This document shows positions 12,601 through 25,920 of a stretch of DNA of 64,000 bases, one piece after another. The DNA comes from Felis catus (Eukaryota). The stretch lies in NCBI RefSeq assembly GCF_018350175.1, contig NC_058368.1, forward strand, positions 84,260,001-84,324,000, in the 5' to 3' direction. Position numbers and translations under genes: made by a program. Every line of letters begins with the position of its first letter. Position 1 is the first letter of the stretch. The notes under the pieces were generated by a model. That model worked only from the letters and a program-made list of their open reading frames with translations, was not told where the DNA came from and made no database searches.

Positions 12601-14114
12601 CACAGAACTAGAACAATCCTAAAATGCATATGGAACCACAAAACACCCTCAATACCCAAAACAACCTTGAAAAAGTAAAGCAAACCTGAAGGCCTCACAA
12701 TTTTGGAACTCCAGCTACATTACAAAGCTGTAGTGATCAAGACAGTATGGTACTGGCACAAAACCAGACCCATAGATCAATGGAAGAGTAGAACATCCAA
12801 AAATAGACCCACAACTATATGGTGAACAAATCTGGAAAGAATATACAATGGAATAAATACAGTCTCTTCAACAAATGATATTGTGAAAACTGGATAGCAA
12901 TATTCAGAAGAATGAATCTGGACAACTTTCTTACACCATACAAAAAGTAAATTCAAAATGAATGAAAGACCTAAATGTGAGAAAGGAAATCATGTAAATC
13001 CTAGAAGAGGACAAAAGCAGAAACATCTTTGACCTCAGCCATAGCAATTTCTTACTAGAGGTGTCGTTGAAGGCAAGGGAAACAAAACACAAACTATCAG
13101 GACTTCATTAAGAAAACCTTCTTCACAGCAAAGGCAACAATCAACAAAACTAGAAGGTGCCCTATGGAGTGAGAGAAGATACATGCAAATGACATATCTG
13201 ATAAAGGGTTAGTATCCAATATCCATAAAGAACTTATCAAACTCAACATCCAAAACCCAGATAATCCAGGTCAGAAATGGGCAGAAGACATGAAGACACA
13301 TTTATCCAAAGAAGACATCCAGATGGCTAACAGACATAGGAAGGATACTCAGCATTATTCATCATCATGGAAATACAAATCAAAACTACAATGATCTTCA
13401 CCTCACCCCTGTCAGAATAGCTAAATTTAACAACACAGGAAAGAACAGATGTTGGTGATGATGCAGAGAAAGGAGAATCCTCTTGCACTGTTAATGGGAA
13501 TGCAAACTGATACAGACACTCTGGAGGTTCCTCAAGAAACTAAGAATGGAACTACCCTATGATTCAACAATTGCTTTTTTAGGCATTTTCCCAAAGAAAA
13601 CAAAAATAAATATTTGAAGGGATACATGCACCCTGATGTTTATAGCAGCATCAAAAATAGCCAAATGATGGAAAGAGCCCAAGCAACCGATTGATGATTG
13701 GATAAAGAAGGTGTGGTATCTATACACAATGGGATATTACTTAGCCATCAAAAAGAATGAAATCTTGTTATTTGTAATGACATAGATAGATCTAAGGTTT
13801 ATTATGCAAAGTGAAATTAGTCAGAGAAAGACAAATATTATTGGATTTCATTCATATGTGGAATTTAAGAAACCTAACAATGAACATAGGGGAAAGAAAA
13901 AAATGCAGTGTGGCAAACCATAAAAGAGACTCTTAATTGTAGAGAACAAACTGAGATGTGCTGGAGGGGTGGTAAGTGAGGGGATCAGCTAAATGGGTGA
14001 TGGATTTTCATGAGAGCACTTGGATGTTATATGTAATTAATGAATCACTAAATTCTACTCCTGAACTAATATTACACTATATGTTAACTAACTGAAATTT
14101 AATTAAAAATCTGA

Positions 14115-14297
14115 GGGGCACCTGGGTGTCTCTGGTTAAGAATCTGACTCTTGATTTCAGCTCAAGTCATGATCTCATGGTTGGTGAGATTGAGCCCTGT
14201 ATGGAGCTCCATGCTGATAGCAGAGAGCCTGCTTGGGATTCTCTCTCTCTCCCTCTCTTTCTTCCCTTCCCCCTCTTTCTCAATAAATAAATAAATA
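14115..14297 (+). mobile_element. Older Can-SINE
   Basis: GGGGCACCTGGGTG head, (CT)n, (AATA)n tail. Confidence 0.88.
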
Positions 14298-14298
14298 T

Positions 14299-17200
14299 GG
14301 GGATTGAGGGGAAGATGGTGGCATAGGAGGACTCTGGGCTCACCTCGTCCTGCTGATCGCTTAGATTCCACCCACATCTGCCTAAATAACCCAGAAAACC
14401 ACCAGAAGACTAGCAGAACAGACTCTACAGAGCCAAGCATAGACAAGAGGCCCATGGAAGAGGGTAGGAAGGGCAGAGAGGTGGTGCATTGTACACGGAC
14501 TGGTGGGAGGGAGCCAGGGTGGTAGAGGGGCAGCATGTTAGGCAAGGCAGAGCCCCCAAAGTCTGGCTTGCAAAAGAAGAGGAGCCAGACTCTGTGAGCT
14601 CTGACAGCCAGCAGGACTTAACATCTGGAATGTTAAAAGTCAACAGCTTTGGTCTTGGAGAGCAGGGAGGGCAAGAGGACACCAAGAGGGAGAGTTGTTG
14701 AGACCCAGAAGGACAGAGCTCAGCGGGGGAACAAAGGGACTGGCAAGCGCCTTTCCTTCTCCCATACCCCAGCTGAAATTCCAAAGGGAACTAGTTCCTG
14801 CCACTGAACTTGGTGTCCTTCTGTGGATCCATCCCTCTGACAGGGCTACCTCTCTCCCGGTGCTTCAGGTCCCCTCCTGCCCCTGTGCACCTTGCAGATC
14901 CACCCCAGCTAATAAGCCCTTGGCCAGATCCCATCGAAGCAGTACCACAAGCCTGGCAGTGTGCAAGCAACCCAGAGAACACCACTCTACAGTTAGTCCT
15001 GCCCCTGGGAGAGGAGAAGATAAGGTACACACGAGTCTGACTGTGGCCCCAGCGGCAAGCTGGGGACAGATATCTGTCTGACTGTGGCCCAGCCCACCAA
15101 CCTAAGTTTCTCCAGACAGCAAAGGGGAAGGGCCCTACAGTTTGGAGCTACCACAAGAACTTCCCAAAATAAGGAAACAGAAGAATTCTGTTCAAAAGAA
15201 ACTCCAGGAAGTAGCGACAGCTAAAAAAATGATCAAAACTGATTTAAGCAATATAACAGAACAAAAATTTAGAATAATACTAACAAAATTAATCTCTGGG
15301 CTTGAAAAAAGTATAGAGGACAGCAAAGAATCTATTGCTACAGAGATCAAGGGAATACAAAATAGTCATGAGAAACTAAAAAATGCTATAAATGAGGTGC
15401 AAAATAAAATGGAGGTGGCCATAGCATGTATTGAAGAGGCAGAGGAGAGAATAGGTGAATTAGAAGATAAATTTATGGAAAAAGAGGAGTCTGAGAAAAA
15501 GAGAGAGAAAAAAATCCAAGAATGATGGGAGAATTAGAGAACTAAGTGATGCAATCAAATGGAACATATTCATATCATAGGAATTCCAGAAGAAGAAGAG
15601 AGAGAGAAAGGGGCTGAAGGTGTACTTAAACAAATCATAGCTGAGAACTTCCCTAATCTGGGGGAGGAAACAGGCATTGAAATCCAAGAGTCACAGAGAA
15701 CTCCCTTCAGACATAACTTGAATCAATCTTCTGCATGACATATCCTAGTGAAACTGGGAAAATACAAGGATAAAGAGAGAATTCTGAAAGCAGCTGGGAA
15801 AAACAGGCACTTACTTACAAAGGTAGACACATAAGGGTAGTAGCAGACCTATCTACTGAAACTTGGAAAGCCAGAAAGGAATGGCAGGAAATCATCAATC
15901 TGATGAACAGAAAAAAATATGCAACCAAGAATCCTTTATCCAGCAAGCCTGTCATTCAGAATAGAAGCAGAGATAAAGGTTTTCCCAAACTAGCAAAAAC
16001 TGAAGGAATTCGTCACCACTAAACCAGCCCTACAAGAGATCCTAAGGGGGATTCTGTGAATGAAATGTTGCAAAGACCACAAAGGACAAGAGACATCACT
16101 ACAAGCATGAAACCTACAGATAACACAATGACTCTAAACCCATATTGTTCAATAATAACACTGAATATAAATGGACTAAATGCTCCAACCAAAAGACATA
16201 GGGTATCCGAATGGAGAAGAAAAAACAAGATCCATCCATTTGCTGTCTACAAAAGACTCATTTTATACCTGAGCACACCTTCAGATTGAAAGTGAGGGGA
16301 TGGAGAACTATCTATCATGCTACTGGAAGTCAAAAGAGAGCTGGAGTAGCTATACTTATATCAGACAAACTAGACTTCAAATTAAAGGCGGTAACAAGAG
16401 ATGAAGAAGGGCATTATATAATAATTACAGAGTCTATCCATCAGGAAGAGCTAACAATTATAAATATCTATGCGCTGAATATGGGAGCCCTCAAATATAT
16501 AAAACAAATACTCACAAACATAAGCAACCTTATTGATAAGAATGTGGTGATTGCAGGTGACTTTAATACTCTACTTAGAACAATGGATAGATCATCTAGA
16601 CATAGGATCAATAAAGAAACAAGGGCCCTGAGTGATACATTGGATCAGATGGACTTGACAGATATATTTAGAACTCTGCATCCCAAAGCAACAGAATATA
16701 CTTTCTTCTCGAGCGCACATGAAACTTTCTCCAAGATAGATCACATACTGAGTCACAAAATAGTCCTTCATAAGTATAGAAGAATTGAGATCGTACCATG
16801 CATACTTTCAGACCACAATGCTATGAAGCTTGAAATCAACCACAGGAAAAAGTCTGGAAAACCTCCAAAAGCATGTAGGTTAAAGAACACCCTACTAAAG
16901 AATGAATGGGTCAACCAGGAAGCTAGAGAAGAAATTTAAAAAATATGTGCAAACAAATGAAAATGAAAATACAACAATCCAAACACTTTGGGATGCAGTG
17001 AAGGCAGTACTGAGAGGAAAATACATTGCAATCCAGGCCTATCTCAAGAAACAAGAAAAATCCCAAATACAAATCTAACAACACACCTAAGGGAACTAGA
17101 AGCAGAACAGCAAAGACACCCCAAACCCAGAAGAAGAGAAATAATAAAGATCAGAGCAGAAATAAATAATACAGAACCTGAAAAAACTGTAGAGCAGATC

Positions 17201-20200
17201 AATGAAACCAAGAGTTGTTTTTTTGAAAAAATAAAGAAATTTGATAAATATCTAGCCAGGCTGCTCAAAAACAAAAGAGAGATGACTCAAATATATAAAA
17301 TCACGAATGAAAATGTAATTATTACAACCAATCCCTCAGAAACACAAATAATTATCAGGGAATACTATGAAAACTTATATGCCAACAAACTGGACAATCT
17401 GGAAGAAAAGAAAAATTCCTAAACACCCACACACTTCCAACACTCAAACAGGAAGAAATAGAAAACTTGAACAGACCCATACCCAGTGAAGAAATTGAAT
17501 CAGTTATCAAAAATCTCCCAAAAAAGAAGAGTCCAGGACCAGATGGCTTCCCTGGGGAATTCTACCAGACATTTAAAGCAGAGATAATACCTATCCTTCT
17601 AAGCTGTTCCAAAAGATAGAAAGGGAAGGAAAACTTCCAGACTCATTCTATGAAGCCAGCATTACTCTGATTCCCAAACCAAACAGAAACCCAGCAAAAA
17701 AAGAGAACCAGGCCAATATCCCTGATGAATATGGATGCAAAAATTCTCAACAAGACACTAGCAAATTGAATTCAACAGCATATAAAAAGAATTATTCACC
17801 ATGATCAAGTGGGATTCATTCCTGGGCTGCAGGGCTGGTTCAATATTCACAAATCAATCAATGTGATACATCACATTAATAAAAGAAAAGACAAGAATCA
17901 TATGATCTTGTCAATCGATGCAGAAAAAGCATTTGATAAAATTCAGCATTGTTTCTTAATAAAAAACCCTCAAGAAAGTCGGGATGGAAGTAACATACTT
18001 AAACATCATAAACGCCATTTATGAAAAGCCCACAGCTAATATCATCCTCAATGGGGAAAAACTGAGAGTTTCCCCCTGAAATCAGGAACACGACAGGGAT
18101 GTCCACTCTTACCTCATGCTAGTGTTGGAAGTTCTAGCATGAGCTATCAGACAACAAAAGGAAATCAAAGGCATCAAAATTGGCAAAGATGAAGTGAAGC
18201 TTTCACTTTTTGTAGATGACATGATACTCTAAATGGAAAACCTGATACACTACACCAAAAGTCTGCTAGAACTGATACATGAATTCAGCAAAGTCACAGG
18301 ATGCAAAATTAATGTACAGAAATCAGTTGCATTCTTATAACACTAATAATGAAGCAACAGAAGGACAAACAAAGAAACTGATCCCATTCACAATGGCACC
18401 AAGAATCATAAAATACCTAGGAATAAATCTAAACAAAGATGTAAAAGATGTAGGAATAAACCTAACCAAAGATGCTGAAAACTATAGAAACCTTATGAAG
18501 GAAATTGAAGAAGATACAAATATATGGAAAAACATTGCATGCTAATGTATTGAAAGAATAAATATTGTTAAAATGTCAATACTACCAAAAGCAATCTGCA
18601 CATTCAATGCAATCCCAATCAAAATTTCACCAGCATTCTTCTTGAAACTAGAACAAGCAATCCTAAAATTCATAAGGCCCCGAATAGCCAAAGTAATTTT
18701 GAAGAAGAAGACCAAAGCAGGAGGCATCACAATCCCAGACTTTAGCCTCTACTACAAAGCTGTCATCATCAAGACAGCATGGTATTGGCACAAAAACAGA
18801 CACATAGACCAATGGAATAGAATAGAAACCCCAGAACTAGACCCACAAACGTATGGCCAACTTATCTTTGACAAAGCAGGAAAGAACATCCAATGGAAAA
18901 AAGACAGTCTCTTTACAAATGGTGCTGGCAGAACCGGACAGCAACATGCAGAAGAATGAAACAAGACCACTTTCTTACACCATTCACAAAATTAAACTCA
19001 AAATGGAAAAAAAAAAAAAGGGGGCGCCTGGGTGGCGCAGTCGGTTAAGCGTCCGACTTCAGCCAGGTCACGATCTCGCGGTCTGTAAGTTCGAGCCCCG
19101 CGTCGGGCTCTGGGCTGATGGCTTGGAGCCTGGAGCCTGTTTCCGATTCTGTGTCTCCCTCTCTCTCTGCCCCTCGCCTGTTCATGCTCTGTCTCTCTCT
19201 GTCCCAAAAATAAATAAACGTTGAAAAAAAAATTAAAAAAAAATCAAAATGGATAAAAGACTGGAATATGAGATAGGAAACCATCAAAACCCTAGAGGAG
19301 AAAGCAGGAAAAAAAAAAAACCTCTTTGACTTTAACTGCAGCAATTTCTTACTTGACACATCTCCAAAGGTAAGGGAATTAAAAGCAAAAATGAACTAAT
19401 GGGACCTCATGAAGACAAAAAGCTTCTGCACAGCAAAGGAAACAATCAACAAAACTAAAAGGCAACCAACAGATTGGGAAAACATATTTACAAATGGCAT
19501 ATCAGACAAAGGGCTAGTATCCAAAATCTATAAGGAACTCACCAAACTCCACACCCGGAAAACAAATAATCCAGTGAAGAAATGGGCAGAAAACATGAAT
19601 AGACATTTCTCTAAAGAAGACATCCAGATGGCCAACAGGCACATGAAAAGATGCTCAACATCGCTCCTCATCAGGGAAATACAAATCAAAACCACACTGA
19701 GATACCACCTCACACCAATCAGAGTGGCCAAAATGAACAAATCAGGAGACTATAGATGCTGGAGAGGATGTGGAAGAATGGGAACCCTCTTACACTGTTG
19801 GTGGGAATGCAAACTGGTGCAGCCACTCTGTAAAACAGTGTGGGGGTTCCTCAAAAAATTAAAAATAGATCTACCCTATGACCCAGCAGTAGCACTGCTA
19901 GGAATCTACCCAAAGATACAGGAGTGCTGATGCATAGGGGCACTTGTACCCCAATGTTTATAGCAGCACTTTCAACAATAGCCAAATTATGGAAAGAGCC
20001 TAAATGTCCATCAACTGATGAGTGGATAAAGAAATTGTTGTTTATATACACAATGGAATACTACTTGGCAATGAGAAAGAACGAAAGATGGCCTTTTGTA
20101 GCAATGTGGATGGAACTGGAGAGTGGCCTTTTGTAGCAATGTGGATGGAACTGGAGAGTATTAAGCTCAGTGAAATAAGTCATACAGAGAAAGACAAATA

Positions 20201-20470
20201 CCATATGTTTTCACTCTTATGTAGATCCTGAGAAACTTAATAGAATACCATGGAGAGGAGAAGGAAAAATAAAGTTAGAGAGGGCAGGAGCCAAACCATA
20301 AGAGACTCTTAAAAACTGAGAATAAACTGAGGGTTGATGGGGGGTGGAAGGGAGGGGAGGATGGGTGATGGGCATTGAGGAGGGCACCTGTTGGGATGAG
20401 CACTGGATGTTGTATGGAAACCAATTTGATAATAAATTTCATTAAAAACAAAAAGAAAACGAAAAGAAAT
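14299..20470 (+). mobile_element. Full-length but decayed felid LINE-1 inserted in the SINE A-tail
   Basis: 5' GGGGAAGATGGTGGCATAGGAGG, ORF1 remnant from about 15170, ORF2 fragments 16128-20231, 3'UTR and A-tail; AAATAAATAAA on both sides is a possible TSD. Confidence 0.95.
19020..19243 (+). mobile_element. Can-SINE (young felid type) inside L1 ORF2
   Basis: CpG-rich body; TSD TCAAAATGGA at about 18998 and 19244. Confidence 0.95.
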
Positions 20471-20519
20471 AAATAAAATAATTTAAAAACTTTCTCGTGT
20501 TTAAGCGTGCCTAAACAAG

Positions 20520-20650
20520 AGTTAAATACCATTACATACACCTATTAGGATGGGTAAAATCCAAAATACTGACAGCACCAAATTTTGACAAGGATATGGT
20601 GCAACAGGAAATCTCATTCAATTATTGGTGGGAAAGCAAAATAGTAGGAG
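20520..20650 (+). mobile_element. Ancient L1M fragment
   Basis: TACCATTACATACACCTATTAGGATGG...AAATCTCATTCA resembles the old L1 ORF2 C-terminus. Confidence 0.6.
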
Positions 20651-20829
20651 TAGGATTTGCATCAGTAAATCAACCATGGACTTTATAATGTTTTTATGTG
20701 AGTACTGAGTCAAGCACCAAATATCCTATATTTTGATAATAACTAATATTTTAATAGCTTATTTTTCCCAAGAAAGATTCACATTTTTTATATGGGAGAC
20801 TGTTCATAGGTTATATATTCTTAGTAAAT

Positions 20830-21030
20830 ACTCATAACAATTCTCTATGGCAAGCATTATTATGATTTCCATTTTAAAGATAGGCAAATTGGGGCTCACA
20901 GAGGTGAAGTAATTTGCCTCAATATAAATGATATAAAGGTGCAGAGAAAACAGTAAACCTGCAGGGGAGGAGCCAGAATCCTGGAGGATAATGATAAATG
21001 CAGGATCTTCTTTCCTAACTCCAGTAGGTG
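20830..21030 (-). mobile_element. MIR fragment
   Basis: Core-like CCATTTTAAAGATAGGCAAATTGGGGCTCACAGAGGTGAAGTAATTTGCC. Confidence 0.7.
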
Positions 21031-21417
21031 TTCTCTGGAACATGAAGAAGAGGAAGGGAGTAAATAAAGACATATTTGATCATGCTGACCTTTAAAACCT
21101 ATCCACTAAGATGAACTACTTTATGGCCATTTTTTTCTGTCAAGTCAATTTCCAAGGAATTCCAAAGGACTTTTAAAACAGCAAATTATCCCTGGAAAGA
21201 AATCATGAGCTTGGCGAGGATGGTCCCATAAGAGGTAGTTCCTAGGATCAGATGCAGTTAGTCCCTTGTTCTACCCTCATCTCAACCTACTATTCTGATC
21301 TTGACATCATATCACTGTGATCAAAGTTCTTAGCATTCACAGTGTGTCTCAGTAAATGATAGCTGCTAGTGTACTACAGGATACAACATTATTCCACTAT
21401 ATTGCTCTTCATCATTG

Positions 21418-21864
21418 TGTCGACCTTACAAATAAAACAGTTATTTTGCCAGCGAAAATGGCTCTATTAAGGAATAGCAGACAAATGCAATTTGGGAAAA
21501 GCAGGCTACAGTAAAAACCATATGCTAGGACAACAAAAAAATAAAGTATTTTATGGAAAGGGCAGAGAAAGTTGGAAGAGATTGTTTTAAACAAAAGTTC
21601 ACTGGAGAAAGACAAAAGTTCATTGTGATGATGGTTTCTCACTAGGTGAGTTGCTGGGGGAGTTGATTTCCTGTAGGAAATGCAATATGTATCCTTTCCT
21701 GTTGGGGCCTGTTATTGATTATTTGTTACTATTGAAAATTATTCTATTGGGGGGTATATAAGTAACAATTTTTTCTGTGATTGACATCAAGTGGTATGGC
21801 ATGAAAACTCTCCCTTCTGGCCTCCTAACCATTATAGTGATGTTTCCTTTTATTAATTTTCAAA
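21418..21864 (-). mobile_element. Probable ERV1-class solo LTR
   Basis: 447 bp with TGT...CAAA termini (degenerate TG...CA), flanked by 4-bp direct repeat ATTG (21414-21417 and 21865-21868). Confidence 0.65.
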
Positions 21865-22225
21865 ATTGCCACCTGAGAGTTAAACCATAAATTCAGTCTG
21901 CAACAGGCTGAACCAGTTATTTGTAAATTCACATCAGAGAGACTATCTTCTGGTCCAATGAGGATCTTTCGAAATTCTTGACCATGACCAATTTTAAGAA
22001 ATAGATTTCACATTGTGATCCAATACATACACATGAACAATTAAAATAACTTTTACAAGATAATACTTAAACCTTACAACATGCAATCTGGTATTCTCTA
22101 TTCTATATCCTCTTCCGTTTGTGCTGTTATTTTTGTTATTGTTTTCCTATACTGAAGGACAGAAAGCATAACAATTAAGATCACAAAATCTAGGCCCAGC
22201 CCAGCCAGGTTCAACACTCAGATCT

Positions 22226-23681
22226 CAAGTTGTGGGATACAAAATCAACATACAAAAATCAAATACTATTGTATACACTAAGGATAAACGTATGAAAAAA
22301 ATTTAAAACTGCCATTTATAACAGCATCAAAAACAATAAAATACTTAAGAATAAATTTAACAAAGGCAATGAAGGATCTGTACAATAAAAACTGTAATAC
22401 TTTGCTGAAAGAAATTGAAGATGACATAAACAAATGGAAACCACCCTGTGCTCATTGATCGGAAGAATTAATATTGTTAAAATGTCCATACCACCCAATA
22501 CCATCTATAGATTCAATGCAATTCCCATCAAAATATCAATAGCATTAATCACAGAAATACAAAAAATAAATTTTACGTTTTCATGAACCTCAGAAGACCT
22601 GGAATCGCCAATGCAATACTGAGGGAAAAAGAACAAAGCTGAAGTTATCAGAAATTATCACACTTTTTGATACTACAAAGCTAAAGTAATAAAAATAGTA
22701 TGGTAATGGCACAAAACAGACACACAGACCAATGGAACAGAGTAGAGGGCCCAGAATTAAACCCCGGCTTATATGGTCAACTAATATTCAACAAGAGAGC
22801 CAAAAACTCCCAATGGGAAAAAGATCATCTCTTCAACAAATGCTATTAGGAAAAATGGACAAACACATGCAGAGCAATAAAACTGGACCCCTATCTTATG
22901 CTACTCACAAAAATCAACTTGAAATCATTCAAAGATTTAAAAATAATACCTGAGACTATAAAACTCCTAGAAGAAAATATAGAGAAGAACTTCCTTGATG
23001 TTGGTCTTGGCAATGATCTTTTGTATATGACACTAAAATCAACAAGTAGGAGTATGTCAAACTTAGAAGGTTTTGCAAAGCAAAAAATAAATAAATAAAC
23101 AACAAAAATGAAAAAAAATTACAGAATGGAAAAAAAATTTTTGCAAACCATATATCAGATGAGGAGTTAATAACCAAAATATACAAAGAACTCATATAAC
23201 TCAAAATTAGGAAAAAAATCTAATTTTAAAATATGCAAAAAAACAAACCTAAATAGATATTTTCTGAAAGAAGACATCCAAATGGCCAACTGGTACGTCA
23301 AAAGATGCACAACATCACCATCCATCATGGAAATGCAAATCAAAACCACAATGAAATGTTAACTAACACTTATTAGAATGGCTATCATCAAGAAGACAAG
23401 AAATAGCAAGTGCTGGCAAAGATATGAAGAAAAGAGAACTCATGCAATGTTGGTGGAAATGTAAATTCATTCAACTGCTATGAAAAGCAATACAGACTTT
23501 CTTTGAAAAATTAAAAATTCACCTACCATATAATCCAGCAATTCTGAGTATATATCCAAAGGAAATAAAAATGGGATATTGAAGAAATATATGTATTACC
23601 ATGTTTATTGTAGCATTATTCACAATAGCCAAGGTATGGAAATAACCTAAGTGTCCAAAAACAAATTAATGGATAAAGGAG

Positions 23682-23724
<43 letters not shown>

Positions 23725-24255
23725 CGTTCAAATAGTATTTGAAATATTACTTAGCTGTGAGAAGGAAGGATAGGTATCCTGTCATTTACAAAACATAGAT
23801 AGACCTGGAGAGTGTTATGCTATATGAAATAAGTCAGAAAGACAAAGACAAGTACTGTATGATATCACTTATATGTGCAATTTTAAAAAGCCAAACTTGT
23901 AAAAATAGAGACTAAAATGGTGGTTACCAGGGGAGGTAATCGATACTACCTATTACAGAATAGATATTGCTTATGGGTACAAACCTACAACAAGTAGTAA
24001 ATAAATTCTAGAGTTATAATCCACAACAAAGTAAATGTAGACAGCAATATTGTATTATGATCATCAAACTTGCTAAGAGACTGGTCTCAATTATTCTAAC
24101 TACTAAAAGGAAAGAATAATTATGTAATGTGTTGGAATGCTAATTATCACTACAATGGCAATCATATTACAACATATAAATGTATTAAATTAACATATTG
24201 TACACCTTAAATTTACACAGGGCTATATGTTAATGTATTTCAATTAAAATAAATA
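22226..24255 (+). mobile_element. 5'-truncated old LINE-1 (L1MA-like) inserted into a MIR
   Basis: Decayed ORF2 3' third plus long old-type 3'UTR; MIR head at about 22165-22225 and MIR remainder at about 24256-24465. Confidence 0.85.
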
Positions 24256-25038
24256 TTCCAGTTCTGCCAGATATTAGCTTTGTGACTTATGGGCTTTGTA
24301 CTGCAGTTTCTTCTCTTCTAGAAAGAGACTAATAACTGGGAATAATAACAGCACCTACTCATAGGGTAGATGTGGAGATTAAATGAGGAAATACATATAG
24401 AACACTTAGATTGAGCTCAACAGTAAAGGGTGTGTACATGTTTGTATAATAATAATAATTACTATTTTTCAAAGATAGTCAAGATGCACTATATTGATTC
24501 ATGACCCAGTAACAAGTCAAACCCAGCAATTAAGAAACCTAAACTACACTATAACCTGGACTAAGTCTTTCAGACCATGAGAGCCTGCCCAGCCAGGCAA
24601 CACCCAAATTAAGGAGTGCCTACAGCCCATATCAGCAAGCTCCCAAAGCAAGCAGCTAGCACAGAGAAAGCCCATCAGACATAATGGCACCAGGCTGTCT
24701 GCATCCTCACATCACAGCACTCTCCCATTTTCCTGATTCACTCCTCACCAGGACACCTTAGTAACTGCTACAGCTTCGTGCTTGCCCACAAGGAATCTGC
24801 TCTGGAATGGAGAATCTGCATCAATAAAAAATAAGTTGCTCTTGTGAGAACATAAAAGGGGATACATTGATGGCAAGATTTCCTCTGCCAACTAGGGCCA
24901 GAGATGGAGAATTAAGGGACTATTGCCAGGGGGAGAAGAAGTCTGCTGAAATGCTCTTTCTTCCCAGGATGACAGGTCCTTCAACACAATGGGAAAGGGT
25001 GGGGGCCAAAGAGGGCCATCCCATAAAAATTCACTCCC

Positions 25039-25557
25039 TGACCAAACTCTAGTCAGGCTACTCTGAGCCCTCTTCTTGGCTAGATCTCAGCCCTGGCCTA
25101 TAAAGACTTGAACAAAATACCAACATAATCTCTAAAAGTTCAGGTCTGTAATCCCTAGGATTAACCTATCCCCCTTAAAATTGCCTGCCTGAGAAACCTT
25201 AAAGCTGCCAAAAGAAATGATTATTCCAATCCACACTTGAATAAGGGCCCTTGTCTCCCAGCCTCTGTGGGAGAATCCTAACTTCCATAAGCCTAAATTA
25301 GTAAACCCAGATGGGCTTAACATGGACCCATGACCTTTTCCTTATTTTTGTAATTTTTCACTTCCCTGACTCTGTTCAAGCCCTGCATTTCCCCTCAGTA
25401 TTCCTTCATTCTTTCTTTAAAATGCCCAGATATCTCTGTTCAAATCAAAGTTGAGTTCAGTTAACACTGGACTCTTTTCCCTATTGCAATAGAATATTAC
25501 TGATTGAAATCTGTCTTTACCATTTTGAGTAATGTCCAGCTTTTCTTAATTTTGACA
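25039..25557 (+). mobile_element. ERV1 solo LTR, MER67/MER31-like
   Basis: TG...CA termini; start TGACCAAACTCTAGTCAGGCTACTCTGAGCCCTC; internal GTTGAGTTCAGTTAACACTGGACTCTTTTCCCTATTGCAATAG. Confidence 0.75.
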
Positions 25558-25809
25558 TTCCTACATCTTGGGAATCAAATTCAAGGCCCTCACTAACTGT
25601 AACAAAATACTGAGGAAGGTTCTAGGGTGTTTAATTCTGCTAACAGGTCAGGTCTTTATACCATATTGATCAGGCCCTTGGATACACAGGACTGACCAAG
25701 GGCAATGCCAAGAGAACACAATGGGGGAAGAACATTGTGCCGTAAACAAATAAACTATGAGAACGGTGTGTATTTTAAAGTCTTACTGATGTGTCTAGTG
25801 GAAATTATC

Positions 25810-25920
25810 TAAAGAAAAGGACCATAAGACCATAACTAGCAGGAGGCCGTTTCTGCTTTAAAAGTTCTAGTAACATTATAGCACCATGGGGAAGAGTAAA
25901 AATAGTGAGGCTCCTGAGAC
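25810..25920 (-). pseudogene. Exon relic: SQEPHYFYSSPWCYNVTRTFKAETASC*LWSYG (3' end not defined)
   Basis: Acceptor cttgcctccctcAG; AETASC(Q)LW resembles malate synthase TAEISRxQLWQW. Confidence 0.45.

Larger units (their letters stand above)
3658..14110 (+). mobile_element. Old decayed LINE-1 (ORF1 3' half through 3'UTR), interrupted by the young L1 at 4679-10554 and by an inverted segment at about 11600-11875
   Basis: ORF1/ORF2 remnants (ICCLQETHFRPKDT at 4515); the endonuclease sequence resumes at 10555 exactly where it stopped at 4678; RT and C-terminal remnants 11876-13860; L1 3'UTR to about 14110. Confidence 0.85.
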
